Positions 11,448-22,100 of a stretch of 64,000 nt of DNA are shown here, piece by piece. The position numbers and the translations under genes are program-made. How positions within the stretch are numbered: position 1 is the first letter of the stretch; each line of letters begins with the position of its first letter. Under the pieces are notes generated by a model. That model was not told the origin of the DNA, did no database searches, and saw nothing but the letters and a program-made list of their open reading frames with translations. This DNA is from an uncultured Verrucomicrobiae bacterium. GTDB lineage: Bacteria; Verrucomicrobiota; Verrucomicrobiia; Palsa-1439. The stretch covers positions 1-64,000 of the forward strand of contig CAWEWF010000004.1 in assembly GCA_963812605.1 (NCBI GenBank), written 5' to 3'.

Positions 11448-12314
11448 GTGAGACGGATCATGGTAATCGACCGCAACCAGGAAAGTGAGAACGGGATCAA
11501 GATCTATCTGCGCGAGATCGGGCAGATTGCTCTGCTGACTCCCAAGGATGAGATCCGCCTGGCGGCACGCATCAAAAAGGGCGACAAGCAGGCGCGCGCG
11601 GACATGATCAAGGCCAATCTCCGCCTGGTCGTCAAGATCGCCCATGACTATTCGAATTACGGCCTGCCGTTGCTCGATCTCATCAGTGAAGGCAACATCG
11701 GCTTGATGAAAGCGGTCGAGCGCTTCGACCCCAAGAAAGGCGGCAAACTATCGACCTATGCCGCGTGGTGGATCAAGCAGTCGATCAAGCGCGCGCTGGC
11801 GAACCAATCGAAGACCATTCGCCTGCCGGTGCATCTGGTTGACAAGATCAGCAAGATGAAGCGGGCCGGCCACAAGCTCAGCGAACGGCTCGGGCGCGAG
11901 CCGACCGACCAGGAATTGGCCGACGTGCTCGGGATCCCGCGCGCGAAGGTTGCGCAGTTGCGAACCATCAGCATCCGCCCGGCCAGCCTCGATGCACCCA
12001 TCGGCGAGGATGACGCCACGGAATTCAGCGAAATCGTCGGCGATGAGAATGCCTTGAGCCCGTTTGAATTGCTGCGTGACAAGACGCTGCGGCAGGATGT
12101 GCGGGACATCCTGGAAGAACTCGAGAAGCGCGAGGCCGAAATCCTGACCCTGCGCTTTGGGCTCGATGGCAATAAACCGAAAACGCTTGAAGAAGTGGGT
12201 CGGAAGTTCAAGGTCACCCGCGAACGCGTGCGCCAGATCCAGAACATTGCCCTGACCAAGCTGCGTCGCGTAATGGAAAAACAGGATCGGCCAAAATCCG
12301 TTTCGCGGAATTAA
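11448..12314 (+). CDS. RpoD/SigA-family sigma-70 factor lacking region 1.1
   Basis: ANLRLVVKIA, DLISEGNIGLMKAVERFD, STYAAWWIKQ, TLEEVG..VTRERVRQI. Confidence 0.93.
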   Translation: MRRIMVIDRNQESENGIKIYLREIGQIALLTPKDEIRLAARIKKGDKQARADMIKANLRLVVKIAHDYSNYGLPLLDLISEGNIGLMKAVERFDPKKGGKLSTYAAWWIKQSIKRALANQSKTIRLPVHLVDKISKMKRAGHKLSERLGREPTDQELADVLGIPRAKVAQLRTISIRPASLDAPIGEDDATEFSEIVGDENALSPFELLRDKTLRQDVRDILEELEKREAEILTLRFGLDGNKPKTLEEVGRKFKVTRERVRQIQNIALTKLRRVMEKQDRPKSVSRN

Positions 12315-12330
12315 TCCGCAGTTCACCGCC

Positions 12331-12849
12331 ATGCATGACGAATTGAAAGCCGCCGTCCGCGACGTGCCAGACTTTCCGATCAAGGGAATCCTGTTCAAGG
12401 ACATCACTCCCATTTTGCGAGACGGTCGATTGTTTCGCATGGCTGTGGACTCGTTTGCGGACCGCCACATCGGCAAGAAGATTGATGCGGTCGTCGGCAT
12501 CGACGCGCGCGGGTTTATCTTCGCGGGCGCGGTCGCCTATAAGCTGGGGGTGGGTTTCGTGCCGGTTCGTAAAAAGGGGAAGCTTCCCTATAAAACGGTC
12601 GTCACCAGTTACACGCTCGAATACGGCAGCGAGACCAGCGAGATGCACATCGATTCCCTTAAGCCGGGCGATAACGTCATGATTGTCGACGATCTTCTGG
12701 CCACGGGAGGCACCGCGATGGCTGCCGCGACGCTGGTCAAACAATTGGGCGCTACGATAGTCGAGATCGATTTCCTGATTGAGTTGTCCTTCCTCAAAGG
12801 CCGCGAACGCCTGAAAGACCACCCGGTCTTCGCCACGATTGTTTACTGA
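12331..12849 (+). CDS. apt: Adenine phosphoribosyltransferase
   Basis: PDFPIKGILFKDI, VRKKGKLP, VDDLLATGGT. Confidence 0.97.
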   Translation: MHDELKAAVRDVPDFPIKGILFKDITPILRDGRLFRMAVDSFADRHIGKKIDAVVGIDARGFIFAGAVAYKLGVGFVPVRKKGKLPYKTVVTSYTLEYGSETSEMHIDSLKPGDNVMIVDDLLATGGTAMAAATLVKQLGATIVEIDFLIELSFLKGRERLKDHPVFATIVY

Positions 12850-12868
12850 GTTTATCCTGGCGGTCTTC

Positions 12869-13273
12869 TCAGGTAGCCATCGCTGACTTCAGCCAGCGGA
12901 TGTCCGTGACATGGAGTTCGCGGACCAGTGAGAGCGGATCGCGCCAAGCCTTTATTTCGGGCTCATCGATCAGCGCGTCAATCTCCGCCACGACATGCTC
13001 CTGGGTGGATTGGGCAAGGCCAAGACAGTCAATCAATGACTCGTCGGCAAGCTTCAGGGAAAAGCGCGCGCTGGGAATATCGGTCGGCCGACCGCCTAGG
13101 CCACGGATGATATTGGCGAGGCTGACGCAATTAATGCTACAATCTTTCCGCACGCGTTTGATCACTTCAAGTTGACCCGGATCATCGCAAACCGATTCGG
13201 CGCGACGCAGTGTGCGGACGCAGGCCCACTCGTCAGCCATGATCTCGTTGAGTTTGGCGACAAGCTCAGCCAT
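12869..13273 (-). CDS. Hypothetical protein, ferritin-like helical bundle
   Basis: 134 aa, LNEIMADE..., helical; overlaps the NUDIX gene stop. Confidence 0.55.
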   Translation of the reverse strand: MAELVAKLNEIMADEWACVRTLRRAESVCDDPGQLEVIKRVRKDCSINCVSLANIIRGLGGRPTDIPSARFSLKLADESLIDCLGLAQSTQEHVVAEIDALIDEPEIKAWRDPLSLVRELHVTDIRWLKSAMAT

Positions 13274-13826
13274 GTTCCTGACGGTACAGATTTAGCCAGT
13301 AAAATCCGCCAATTACGATCCCGTGGGTAATTTTCCCCTCCTGAATCATCTGGGGGATATTCGCCAGGGGCACCAATTTTACCACGACGTCTTCCGCCTG
13401 ATCGAGTTTCGGTTCGCCGACTTTGTGGCAGTCTTTGGCAAAAAGATAATACTGCAAGTTGTTTTGGATCGCGGGGTTGGGATGGATCATGCCCAGACGG
13501 ACGATGCTGCCCGCGTCGTACCCGGTCTCTTCCAGCAATTCACGCCGGGCGCACTGTTCCGGCGTTTCGCCGATGTCCATCAGGCCGCCGGGCGTCTCAA
13601 GATGGACCGAGCGCGTGCCGTGGCGCCATTGCTCGACCATGATAACCTGTCCGTCGGACGTGAGCGGGATGACGTTGACCCAGTTCGGCTGTTCGAGAAC
13701 GAACATGTCATGCGGCCGGCCCGTGCGCGGACTCACAACCACGTCCTTGCGCACTTTGAAAACACGGCAGTCAGCGAGAATCTCAGAAGACTGGATGGGC
13801 CAGGGTTGTGGCTGGCCCGGCGTCAC
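13266..13826 (-). CDS. NUDIX hydrolase
   Basis: Nudix box GGLMDIGETPEQCARRELLEETG. Confidence 0.92.
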   Translation of the reverse strand: MTPGQPQPWPIQSSEILADCRVFKVRKDVVVSPRTGRPHDMFVLEQPNWVNVIPLTSDGQVIMVEQWRHGTRSVHLETPGGLMDIGETPEQCARRELLEETGYDAGSIVRLGMIHPNPAIQNNLQYYLFAKDCHKVGEPKLDQAEDVVVKLVPLANIPQMIQEGKITHGIVIGGFYWLNLYRQEHG

Positions 13827-14245
13827 TTCTTCGTCGCTTGTTCGCTGATCTTGTTCAACTGTTCGAGAAATTGCGCGGCTGGCAAATAGCCATCGATCTC
13901 GGATACTTTCTTGCCATTGGCATCCACGAAGACGATGTGCGGATAACCCGTCGTTCCAAAATCCCTGGACAGCTTTGCATTCCGCTGGGTTTTTTCAGGA
14001 TTCAATTTGACCGCAACGAAATCCTTGGTCAGCTTGGCAGCGACATCCTTGTCACTGTACGTGTCCTTGTCCAGTTTCTTGCACCAGCCGCACCAGTCCG
14101 TGTACAGGTCCACCATCACCAGTTTCTTGTCCTTCGCCGCCGTCACCAGCGCTGCATCGTAGTCGTGGCCCCAGTCCACCTCCGCTGATGCACCGGCGCT
14201 GAGTGCCAGCAATCCCAGAATCGTGACTGTGATGAGTCTTTTCAT
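13823..14245 (-). CDS. Secreted thioredoxin-fold protein
   Basis: Signal peptide, WCGWC, GYP cis-Pro loop. Confidence 0.88.
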   Translation of the reverse strand: MKRLITVTILGLLALSAGASAEVDWGHDYDAALVTAAKDKKLVMVDLYTDWCGWCKKLDKDTYSDKDVAAKLTKDFVAVKLNPEKTQRNAKLSRDFGTTGYPHIVFVDANGKKVSEIDGYLPAAQFLEQLNKISEQATKK

Positions 14246-14257
14246 GACTTCCTTCTG

Positions 14258-16318
14258 TTAGCGCGCGTTGAGCGCAACTTCCTGCGGTTCTGCCTTTGCA
14301 GGCGGTTCGATCCACTTACCGTGCTCTTTGATGAGGGCAATCAATTCGTCCACCGCCTGTTCCTCGGGGATGTGTTGTTTGACCTGCGTCTTGCCCACCC
14401 ACAGCGAAATCCTGCCCGGAGCGGTGCCCACATAGCCGAAATCCGCGTCGGCCATCTCGCCGGGGCCGTTGACGATGCAACCCATCACGGCAATCTTGAC
14501 ACCCTTGAGATGCGCCGTGCGCGACTTGATCCCCGCCGTCACGGTCTGCAGGTCGAACAACGTTCGCCCGCAACTCGGACAGGCCACGTAATCGGTCTTG
14601 AAGGTCCGCGCCCCGGCACCTTGTAAAATGTTGTAGGCAAGTTTGACTGATTTCAGCAAATCGTCTTCTCCCATGACTTCCATCGCATCGCCAATACCAT
14701 CGCACAACAGCGCGCCAATGTGAGTGCTCGCGCGGATCAGCGCGCCCTGCTGCGCATGATGGGCAGGCCCGGAACTAACGCGGTCGCGTATCAAAATCGG
14801 CAGGTTCAACCCCTGATTGTCCAGGGTAGCCGCCAGAATACGGTACGCCGCAATCCCATCCAACCCTTCCGCGTGACCGACAGCGAGAATCACCTGATTC
14901 TTCCGGAACGTCTTCAACACGCCTGACAGTGAGGCACAGTTGTTGGCGAATTGCCCGGGCGAACCACCCTCGATATCGAACTGGACGGTTAGCCTGGCGG
15001 CGTCCGTCAATAATGCGGTGACATCCTCCCGGCCGTTATACGGGACGTTGATTTTCTCGGCGACATCGGTCACCGGCAGCGTCACTTCCGCGCTATCCAG
15101 TTTCACCGCAATCGGCGTGTGGATGTGCCGCTTGCGTAGTTCCGGTTTCAGCGCGGCGATTTTGCCAATATCCGCCATCGTCTTGACGTGAAATTGAAGA
15201 ATCTCCGCAAACGTATCCGGTTCCGCGGTCGTGACGCGCTGGATGTCGCCGATACGCGCGGTCAACGACACGGGTAGTTCGACGCGTTGTGGGTGGTCCT
15301 TGCCAAGGCGCAAACGCAAATCGCCGATGAAATACTCGGGGGTGGGCCGTCGCGTATACGTAAAAGGATCGCGCTTTTCGGTCACCGACAGGGACGCCGG
15401 GGACGCCAGCTTTCCCGCCCGCTGTTGCTCCCAGAGGTCGTTGTATTTTTTGACCAATTCCCGGCAAACCGGGATTTCGTGCACGCTGTCCTCGGTGAGG
15501 GAGACGCGCACCGTGTCGCCGATGCCGTCTTCGAGCAGCGCGCCGATGCCAATGGCGGACTTGATGCGACCGTCCTCCCCTTCCCCGGCTTCCGTGACGC
15601 CGAGATGCAAGGGATAATTCCAATCCGGGCCTTCTTCGTTCAATCGCGCGACGAGCAATCGATAGGCCTCGATCATCACCTTCGGATTGCTGGCCTTCAT
15701 GGAGAGAATGATTTCGTGATAGCCGCACTTGCGGCACAGGCGGACGAATTCCAGCGCGCTCTCGACCATGCCCAGTGGCGTGTCGCCGTAACGGTTCATG
15801 ATGCGGTCGGAGAGCGAACCGTGGTTCGTGCCGATGCGCAGGGCGCGGCCCAATTCCTTGCATTTGAGCACCAGCGGCGTGAAGGCCTTTTCCAGGCGCT
15901 CCAACTCGTCGGCGTACTGGTCGTCCGTATACTCGCGGGTGGCGAATTTCTTGCGGTCGGCGTAGTTGCCGGGATTGATGCGGATTTTCTCGCACCAGAG
16001 CGCCGCCTCCATCGCGGCTGATGGGACGAAATGAATGTCGGCGACAATCGGCGTGTGGTGGCCGCGCTTCCGAAGTTCGGCCACGATGTTCTTGAGGTTC
16101 TTCGCATCATTGATGCTCGGGGCGGTGATGCGAAGGATTTCGCAACCAGCCTCGATAATCGGGAGGGCTTCGTTGATGCAAGCCTCCGTTTTCATCGTGT
16201 CAGAGATCAGCATCGTTTGGACGCGGATCGGGTTGTCGCCACCGACACCGACCGGACCAACCTTCACTTCGCGCGTGATGCGCCGCTGCCAAAAAAAGGG
16301 ATTCGCGCAGTAGTTCAT
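14258..16318 (-). CDS. ispG: HMBPP synthase, long three-domain form
   Basis: VADIHF, RINPGN, RIGTNHGSLS, HLGVTEAG, CPSCGRT, AVMGCIVNGPGE. Confidence 0.96.
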   Translation of the reverse strand: MNYCANPFFWQRRITREVKVGPVGVGGDNPIRVQTMLISDTMKTEACINEALPIIEAGCEILRITAPSINDAKNLKNIVAELRKRGHHTPIVADIHFVPSAAMEAALWCEKIRINPGNYADRKKFATREYTDDQYADELERLEKAFTPLVLKCKELGRALRIGTNHGSLSDRIMNRYGDTPLGMVESALEFVRLCRKCGYHEIILSMKASNPKVMIEAYRLLVARLNEEGPDWNYPLHLGVTEAGEGEDGRIKSAIGIGALLEDGIGDTVRVSLTEDSVHEIPVCRELVKKYNDLWEQQRAGKLASPASLSVTEKRDPFTYTRRPTPEYFIGDLRLRLGKDHPQRVELPVSLTARIGDIQRVTTAEPDTFAEILQFHVKTMADIGKIAALKPELRKRHIHTPIAVKLDSAEVTLPVTDVAEKINVPYNGREDVTALLTDAARLTVQFDIEGGSPGQFANNCASLSGVLKTFRKNQVILAVGHAEGLDGIAAYRILAATLDNQGLNLPILIRDRVSSGPAHHAQQGALIRASTHIGALLCDGIGDAMEVMGEDDLLKSVKLAYNILQGAGARTFKTDYVACPSCGRTLFDLQTVTAGIKSRTAHLKGVKIAVMGCIVNGPGEMADADFGYVGTAPGRISLWVGKTQVKQHIPEEQAVDELIALIKEHGKWIEPPAKAEPQEVALNAR

Positions 16319-17721
16319 GGTGAGGTAACGGGTTCCGAGGCCGGCGCACTCTCTTTGGCGTCCGGCTTCGATGTGCCTTTCATCTTTCCGAAAGTGAACC
16401 TTTGAATATCGAAGTAGGTAACGTACAACATGAAAGTGATCAGGAGGACCGCAAACGTAATCGACGCTACGTGAACCAATCGCGCGCTCAATGGCTTCCG
16501 ACGAATGCCCTCGAGGGCGGCGAAAACAATGTGGCCGCCGTCCAGCACCGGAAACGGCAGAAGGTTGATGATGGCCAGGTTGATGTTCAGCAGCACGGCA
16601 ATGTGCAGTCCCTGGCGCCACCCGCCGCTGGCGATGGCCCACCACCAAATCCCCAGGATGCCCACCGGCCCACTCATGCTCTTGGGGCTCACACCGGTTT
16701 CTTTGGAATGGGCCAGTCCGGTAACCATACGGCCCATGGAAACCAGTATGTCCGTAAATTGTTCCACCGGCGTCGGACCGGGCTGGACGATTTCCATTTG
16801 ATCGCCAAGATTCACGCCAATGCGCGCCACTTTATCCTTGGCATCCAACTCGGGGACTACCGTCAGTATTTGCGCCACGCCATCGCGGAGTACCTTGATC
16901 TCCGTGGGCTGGTCAAGCCTCTTGCTGACCAACCCGATCACCTGTTCGGAGCTATAAATGGGGACACCCCCGATCGAAACAAACTGGTCCCCCGCCAGCA
17001 AGCCGGCGCGCTCCGCTGGCGAGTCCGTTGCGACTGCCTGGGCAAACGGGTGGCCGCGAGGCCACAAGTGTTCCAGCATCTTGACCCCAAATTGTTCGTT
17101 CACCTTGGTTTCCAGCAGGAATTCCTGCTCGGCGCCGTTTCGCTGGACTGTCACCCGCACCGTTGGCTCGCGGCTGAAGGCAACCACCTCCATAAACTGG
17201 GTCCAGGTCTTCACCTTCTGGTCGTTGATTTTCACGATGCGGTCGCCGGGGCGAACACCGGCCAGTTCTTCCGGACTGCCGGAATCAACCCAACCGACAA
17301 CCGCCAGATTCGTCGGCATGCCAACCCCCCAAAGGACCGTAGCCAGGACCGCAGCCAGGAGGATGTTCATCAAGGGGCCGGCAATTGCCACGAGAAACTT
17401 GGAACTCGGAGACACGGACGGAAGTTCATCCGCTTTCGTCTCGGTCTCCCCTTCGATCGTTTCCATCGGCGACATCTGCGGCAGAGCGACGTAACCGCCG
17501 AAGGGGAACCACGAAACCCGGTAGTCAATCCCATCCTTCTTGTAACCCCAAATCTTTGGGCCAAACCCGACGGAAAAGCGCTCGATCTTCATCCCGCGCC
17601 GCTTGGCCACCAGGAAATGCCCCAGTTCATGAATAAAAATCGTCAGCCCAAAAAAGAAGAGAACAAGGAGTGCGGGGTAGACTATCCCCGTGACGAAATT
17701 CAAGACTGTTTCAAACGGCAC
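16315..17721 (-). CDS. rseP: RIP metalloprotease
   Basis: HELGH, PDZ domains, NLLPFPVLDGG; GTG start inferred. Confidence 0.93.
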   Translation of the reverse strand: MPFETVLNFVTGIVYPALLVLFFFGLTIFIHELGHFLVAKRRGMKIERFSVGFGPKIWGYKKDGIDYRVSWFPFGGYVALPQMSPMETIEGETETKADELPSVSPSSKFLVAIAGPLMNILLAAVLATVLWGVGMPTNLAVVGWVDSGSPEELAGVRPGDRIVKINDQKVKTWTQFMEVVAFSREPTVRVTVQRNGAEQEFLLETKVNEQFGVKMLEHLWPRGHPFAQAVATDSPAERAGLLAGDQFVSIGGVPIYSSEQVIGLVSKRLDQPTEIKVLRDGVAQILTVVPELDAKDKVARIGVNLGDQMEIVQPGPTPVEQFTDILVSMGRMVTGLAHSKETGVSPKSMSGPVGILGIWWWAIASGGWRQGLHIAVLLNINLAIINLLPFPVLDGGHIVFAALEGIRRKPLSARLVHVASITFAVLLITFMLYVTYFDIQRFTFGKMKGTSKPDAKESAPASEPVTSP

Positions 17722-18901
17722 GTTTGGCTTCCTTTCTGGCCCAGAGGTCAGCTTCCAGTATAGCATCCAATGTGGGCGATGCAACCCATGAGGAGCCCTT
17801 CTCGCCACCTTTTTGGTGGGTCCGCATCACCTTCTCGACCGTCTCGAAAATCTGCAGGAAGCCGATCTGCCCATCCACAAACCTCGCTACCGCAACCTCA
17901 TTGGCGGCATTGAACACCGCCGGCATCGTCCCGCCTGCGTGTCCCGCTTCTTGCGCCAGCCGTAACGAAGGGAACTTCTCGCGATCAGGATTCTCGAAGG
18001 TCAGGGTGCCGATCCTGGCGAGATCCGTGGGCGGCATCGAATTCGGCAATCGCTGCGGCCACGTGAGCGCGTATTGGATCGGGTAACGCATGTCCGGCAC
18101 GCTCAACTGCGCCAGGATCGATCCGTCCGTGAACTCCACCATCGAATGCACGACGCTCTGCGGGTGGATTACCACGTCCACGCGATCCACCTCGACATCG
18201 AACAGCCACCGCGCCTCGATCATTTCCAGCCCCTTGTTGAACAACGTGGCTGAATCGATGGTGATCTTCTGGCCCATATTCCAACTCGGGTGCTTCAGCG
18301 CCTGCGCCACGGTGATCTTCGCGAACTCCTCGCGCGGCGTCTGCCGAAACGGTCCGCCCGAAGCGGTGAGGATCAGGCGCTTCACGTCCCGCGGCTCACG
18401 ACCTTCGAGGCACTGAAAAATCGCGCTGTGTTCGCTATCCACCGGCAGCACTTTGACGCCGTGCTTGCGCGCTTCGCTCATTACCAGTTCTCCCGCCATC
18501 ACCAGAATTTCCTTGGACGCGACCGCCAGGTCCTTTCCCGCCCGAATCGCGGCCAGCGCCGGCTCCAACCCCGCCGTGCCGACAATGGCCACCAACACAA
18601 CGTCCGCCTCGGGCATCGTCGCCAGCTCGATCAGCCCGCGCTCGCCCGCATGCACTGGCATGGTGGCACAGGCGTCCCTGCCTGTGGCCAACCGTTTCTT
18701 CAATTCCTTCGCTTTCGCGGGATCCGTCATCCCTACCGCGAGCGGCTTGAACTGGCGGATCGCTTCCTCCATCCCGTCCACATTCTCACGCGACGCCATC
18801 CCCACAATGCGAATCTGCTCCGGCAGGTCCGCCGCCACCTTCTGCGTCGAAACGCCGATGGACCCCGTACAACCGAGCAAAACGATGTTCTTTGTTTTCA
18901 T
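17711..18901 (-). CDS. dxr: DXP reductoisomerase
   Basis: LGCTGSIG, LPVDSEH, HPSWNMGQKITIDSAT, NKGLE. Confidence 0.97.
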   Translation of the reverse strand: MKTKNIVLLGCTGSIGVSTQKVAADLPEQIRIVGMASRENVDGMEEAIRQFKPLAVGMTDPAKAKELKKRLATGRDACATMPVHAGERGLIELATMPEADVVLVAIVGTAGLEPALAAIRAGKDLAVASKEILVMAGELVMSEARKHGVKVLPVDSEHSAIFQCLEGREPRDVKRLILTASGGPFRQTPREEFAKITVAQALKHPSWNMGQKITIDSATLFNKGLEMIEARWLFDVEVDRVDVVIHPQSVVHSMVEFTDGSILAQLSVPDMRYPIQYALTWPQRLPNSMPPTDLARIGTLTFENPDREKFPSLRLAQEAGHAGGTMPAVFNAANEVAVARFVDGQIGFLQIFETVEKVMRTHQKGGEKGSSWVASPTLDAILEADLWARKEAKRAV

Positions 18902-18994
18902 CGCTGAATAGGGCGATTGTAGGGCAGATGCGCCGCTTGCCGAAACAAAAAAGAATGGTCGATCAATGGTTGTCTGCGTAAAGTCTCGTTCAGA

Positions 18995-19924
18995 CTATCC
19001 GCGCAACACCAGCCGCATGTACACGTACAGCAGGGGTGCGGTGAAAAGCAGGCTGTCGATCATGTCGAGGCAGCCGCCGTGTCCGGGGAGGATTGTGCTG
19101 GAATCCTTGACGCCGGCTTCGCGCTTGATCAGCGACTCGGCCAGGTCGCCGATGACCGCCGCCACGCCCAGCAGCAGGCCGATGACCACGGCATGCAGAT
19201 TTGTCAGGGCGGCCATTTCGTTGGGCATGACCCAGCGGCAGAGAAAGACGCCGCCCACGGCGAAGGCAATCCCGCCGATGGTGCCTTCCCACGTTTTCTT
19301 CGGACTGATGCGCTCGATCATCTTGTGCCGGCCGATGGTGGAACCGACGAGATACGCGCCGATGTCGGTAAACTTGGTCGCGACGACGAGCAACATGACG
19401 AAGTAGCGTCCGTGGGGCGAGGCGAAGTTAATGCGCGTCATGAAGTTACCCAGCCAGGCAACATAGATCAGGCCGAACAACGTCACCGACATCGTTTCGA
19501 TCCCGTGGGGATTGAGTTTCTGTGGAAACTGGCGGATGAAAACCCCAAGCGCGAAGACGAGCAGGATCAGCACGTCGAAATCATAGGAAAGCTGCAGCCG
19601 CTCCGGTTGTCGGTAAAAAAACCAACTGCCGGAAATCAATGCCAGGGTGCCGATGACACCCCACACCTTGTACGTGCGCAGTCCTTTGGCCTCGCAAATG
19701 ACGTAGAACTCCCAGACGGAGCGGGCAATGACGAGATTCATGAAGAGGTACAGCCAGATCGGCCGTTTCAACCAAAAGATCACCGCCAACATGATCCCCC
19801 ACAGCACGATGGAGCTGATCAACCGCCATAGGAAACCGCTGCGCGAAGGCGGCAGCGTTGTCGCCGCCGTCCGGTCGGCTGGGAGGGGAGTTACCACTTC
19901 AGGATTGCCGGGCATCGAGCTCAC
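18995..19924 (-). CDS. cdsA: Phosphatidate cytidylyltransferase
   Basis: ISPKKTWEG, ESLIKR..GVKDS..LPGHGG. Confidence 0.95.
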   Translation of the reverse strand: MSSMPGNPEVVTPLPADRTAATTLPPSRSGFLWRLISSIVLWGIMLAVIFWLKRPIWLYLFMNLVIARSVWEFYVICEAKGLRTYKVWGVIGTLALISGSWFFYRQPERLQLSYDFDVLILLVFALGVFIRQFPQKLNPHGIETMSVTLFGLIYVAWLGNFMTRINFASPHGRYFVMLLVVATKFTDIGAYLVGSTIGRHKMIERISPKKTWEGTIGGIAFAVGGVFLCRWVMPNEMAALTNLHAVVIGLLLGVAAVIGDLAESLIKREAGVKDSSTILPGHGGCLDMIDSLLFTAPLLYVYMRLVLRG

Positions 19925-20649
19925 GTGGCTTCATTCGGGCTGACCAGGCCAAAACGACGGTTTCGGCCACTGTAATCTTCGAGCGCTTTCAGGTACGCAG
20001 CCTTCCGGAAATCAGGCCAAAGGGTTTCGGTGACATAAATCTCCGCGTAGGAAATCTGCCATAATAGAAAATTGCTCACCCGCATCTCGCCGCTGGTTCG
20101 AATCAACAAATCCGGGTCGGGTATGGAACGGGTGTATAGATGCTGCGAGATGACCTTCTCATCCACGCCCTGCGCATCAAGCCGCCCATCCTTCACCTCG
20201 CGGCAGATCGAACGCACGGCATCGACGATCTCCGCCCGACCGCCGTAACTCAACGCCAGCACAAGCGTCAGGCCCGTGTTCTTTTTCAGCGCGGCGATGG
20301 ACTTTTCAAGCTGCTTTTGCGCGCTGGCGGGTAACTCATGTACCCGCCCGATCGCCGCGAGCCGCACGTTGCTTTTGTCCAGTTCCGCAATCTCCTCCTT
20401 GAGATAAAACTCCAGCAACCGCATGAGCGCCGATACCTCGGGTTTTGGACGATTCCAGTTCTCGATGGAAAATGCGTATAGCGTCAGATATTCGACGCCC
20501 AGCTCGCCCGATACGCGGACAATCTCGCGGACGCTCTCCGCGCCGCGACGATGCCCCTCGATGCGGGGCAGTCCGCGCTCGCGGGCCCACCGCCCGTTGC
20601 CATCCATGATAATGGCCACGTGACGGGGAAGGTTTTTTATCTGTGTCAT
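19921..20649 (-). CDS. uppS: Undecaprenyl diphosphate synthase
   Basis: HVAIIMDGNGRWA, FSIENWNR, IRTSGEMRVSNF. Confidence 0.97.
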   Translation of the reverse strand: MTQIKNLPRHVAIIMDGNGRWARERGLPRIEGHRRGAESVREIVRVSGELGVEYLTLYAFSIENWNRPKPEVSALMRLLEFYLKEEIAELDKSNVRLAAIGRVHELPASAQKQLEKSIAALKKNTGLTLVLALSYGGRAEIVDAVRSICREVKDGRLDAQGVDEKVISQHLYTRSIPDPDLLIRTSGEMRVSNFLLWQISYAEIYVTETLWPDFRKAAYLKALEDYSGRNRRFGLVSPNEAT

Positions 20650-20653
20650 CTGT

Positions 20654-20701
20654 TGTAGCGCGGAGTCATTCCCGTTGGCGCTTCACAGAAGCGCCGCTAC
20701 A
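20654..20701. repeat. GTAG REP-like element; its right half recurs at about 57303-57327
   Basis: TGTAGCG...GGCGCTTCACAGAAGCGCCGCTACA. Confidence 0.6.
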
Positions 20702-20706
20702 CCGGC

Positions 20707-21978
20707 TTACAAAAACATCGTTTCTTCCCGTCGTGCGCCCACCGATACGATGCTGAGTTTTGCGCCGCTGAGTTGGGCGAGCTTTTGCAGGTAGACGCGC
20801 GCGCGTTTGGGCAATTGCTCGAAGTCCTGCGCCAGTTTCGTGGACGTTTGCCAGCCGTCGAACTCCTGATACATGGGCGTGCAGCGCTGCAACAGGTCGA
20901 TGTCGTTTGGCACAGTTTCGTAAACTTTCCCGCCTACTTTGTACGCGACACAGACTTTGATCTTCGGCAAGGCATCGAGCACGTCGAGTTTCGTGACCGC
21001 CAGTTCGTCAATGCCGTTGACCATGACCGAGTAGCGCGTCGCCACCGCATCGAACCAGCCGCAACGGCGCGGCCGGCCCGTGGTCGCGCCAAATTCACGG
21101 CCCGTCTCGCGAAGCAGGATCCCCTGGTCATCCAGCAACTCCGTCGGAAATGGCCCCTCGCCCACCCGCGTGGTGTACGCTTTCATGACACCAACCACAC
21201 GATCGATCTTGTGTGGCGGGACGCCCGTTCCCACGCAAGCGCCGCCCGCCGTGGCATTCGAGCTGGTCACGAATGGGTACGTCCCAAAATCAATATCCAG
21301 CAGCGTGCCTTGCGCGCCTTCGAAGAGGATGTTTTTGCCGTCACGCACCGCCCGATTCAGCAAGGTCACCGTGTCCGTAATAAATGGCCGCAGCTTTCGC
21401 CCGCAGTCCTGGTACTCATCATTGATCTTCGCGAAGCTCAACGGTTTCGCGCCCAACGCCTTGAAGATCCCGTTGTTTTCCTGGATCTTTCGACGCAGTT
21501 TCTCGGAAAACCGTTCAGTTGCCAGCAGGTCGACCAGCCGCAAACCGGTGCGGGCAACCTTATCAGCGTAGGCCGGCCCGATGCCCCGCTTGGTCGTGCC
21601 GATCTTGCGTTTGCCCTTCTGTTCCTCGCGAATTTCGTCGAGCAATTTGTGATACGGGAACACCAAGTGCGCCGTTTCGCTAACATACAGATTGCCGTCG
21701 ATGCTCACGCCGCGACCGCGCAGGTGCTCGATCTCGCCAAGGAGCGCGACGGGATCGACCACGACGCCGTTACCAATCACGCTGATCTTGCCGGGATGCA
21801 AGATACCCGACGGGATGAGATGCAACACATACTTCTGGTCGCCGACCTCGACCGTATGGCCCGCGTTGTTACCGCCCTGATACCGCACCACCACGTCGGC
21901 CTGTTCGGTCAGCACGTCAATGATCTTGCCCTTGCCCTCATCGCCCCATTGGGCACCTACTAAAATCGTCGTTGCCAT
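20707..21978 (-). CDS. purA: Adenylosuccinate synthetase
   Basis: QWGDEGKGK, GGNNAGHT, GTTKRGIGPAY, FEGAQG, GATTGRPRRCGW. Confidence 0.98.
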   Translation of the reverse strand: MATTILVGAQWGDEGKGKIIDVLTEQADVVVRYQGGNNAGHTVEVGDQKYVLHLIPSGILHPGKISVIGNGVVVDPVALLGEIEHLRGRGVSIDGNLYVSETAHLVFPYHKLLDEIREEQKGKRKIGTTKRGIGPAYADKVARTGLRLVDLLATERFSEKLRRKIQENNGIFKALGAKPLSFAKINDEYQDCGRKLRPFITDTVTLLNRAVRDGKNILFEGAQGTLLDIDFGTYPFVTSSNATAGGACVGTGVPPHKIDRVVGVMKAYTTRVGEGPFPTELLDDQGILLRETGREFGATTGRPRRCGWFDAVATRYSVMVNGIDELAVTKLDVLDALPKIKVCVAYKVGGKVYETVPNDIDLLQRCTPMYQEFDGWQTSTKLAQDFEQLPKRARVYLQKLAQLSGAKLSIVSVGARREETMFL

Positions 21979-22100
21979 AACCGTTTCACCATAACCGAAC
22001 CCCAAACCCGCGGCAAGACGGTACTGTCACGCTTTTGTGACGCTTCGATTGAGGCCAACAAACGCGATTCGTATTGTCACTTGTGCTACCATCTTTCACC

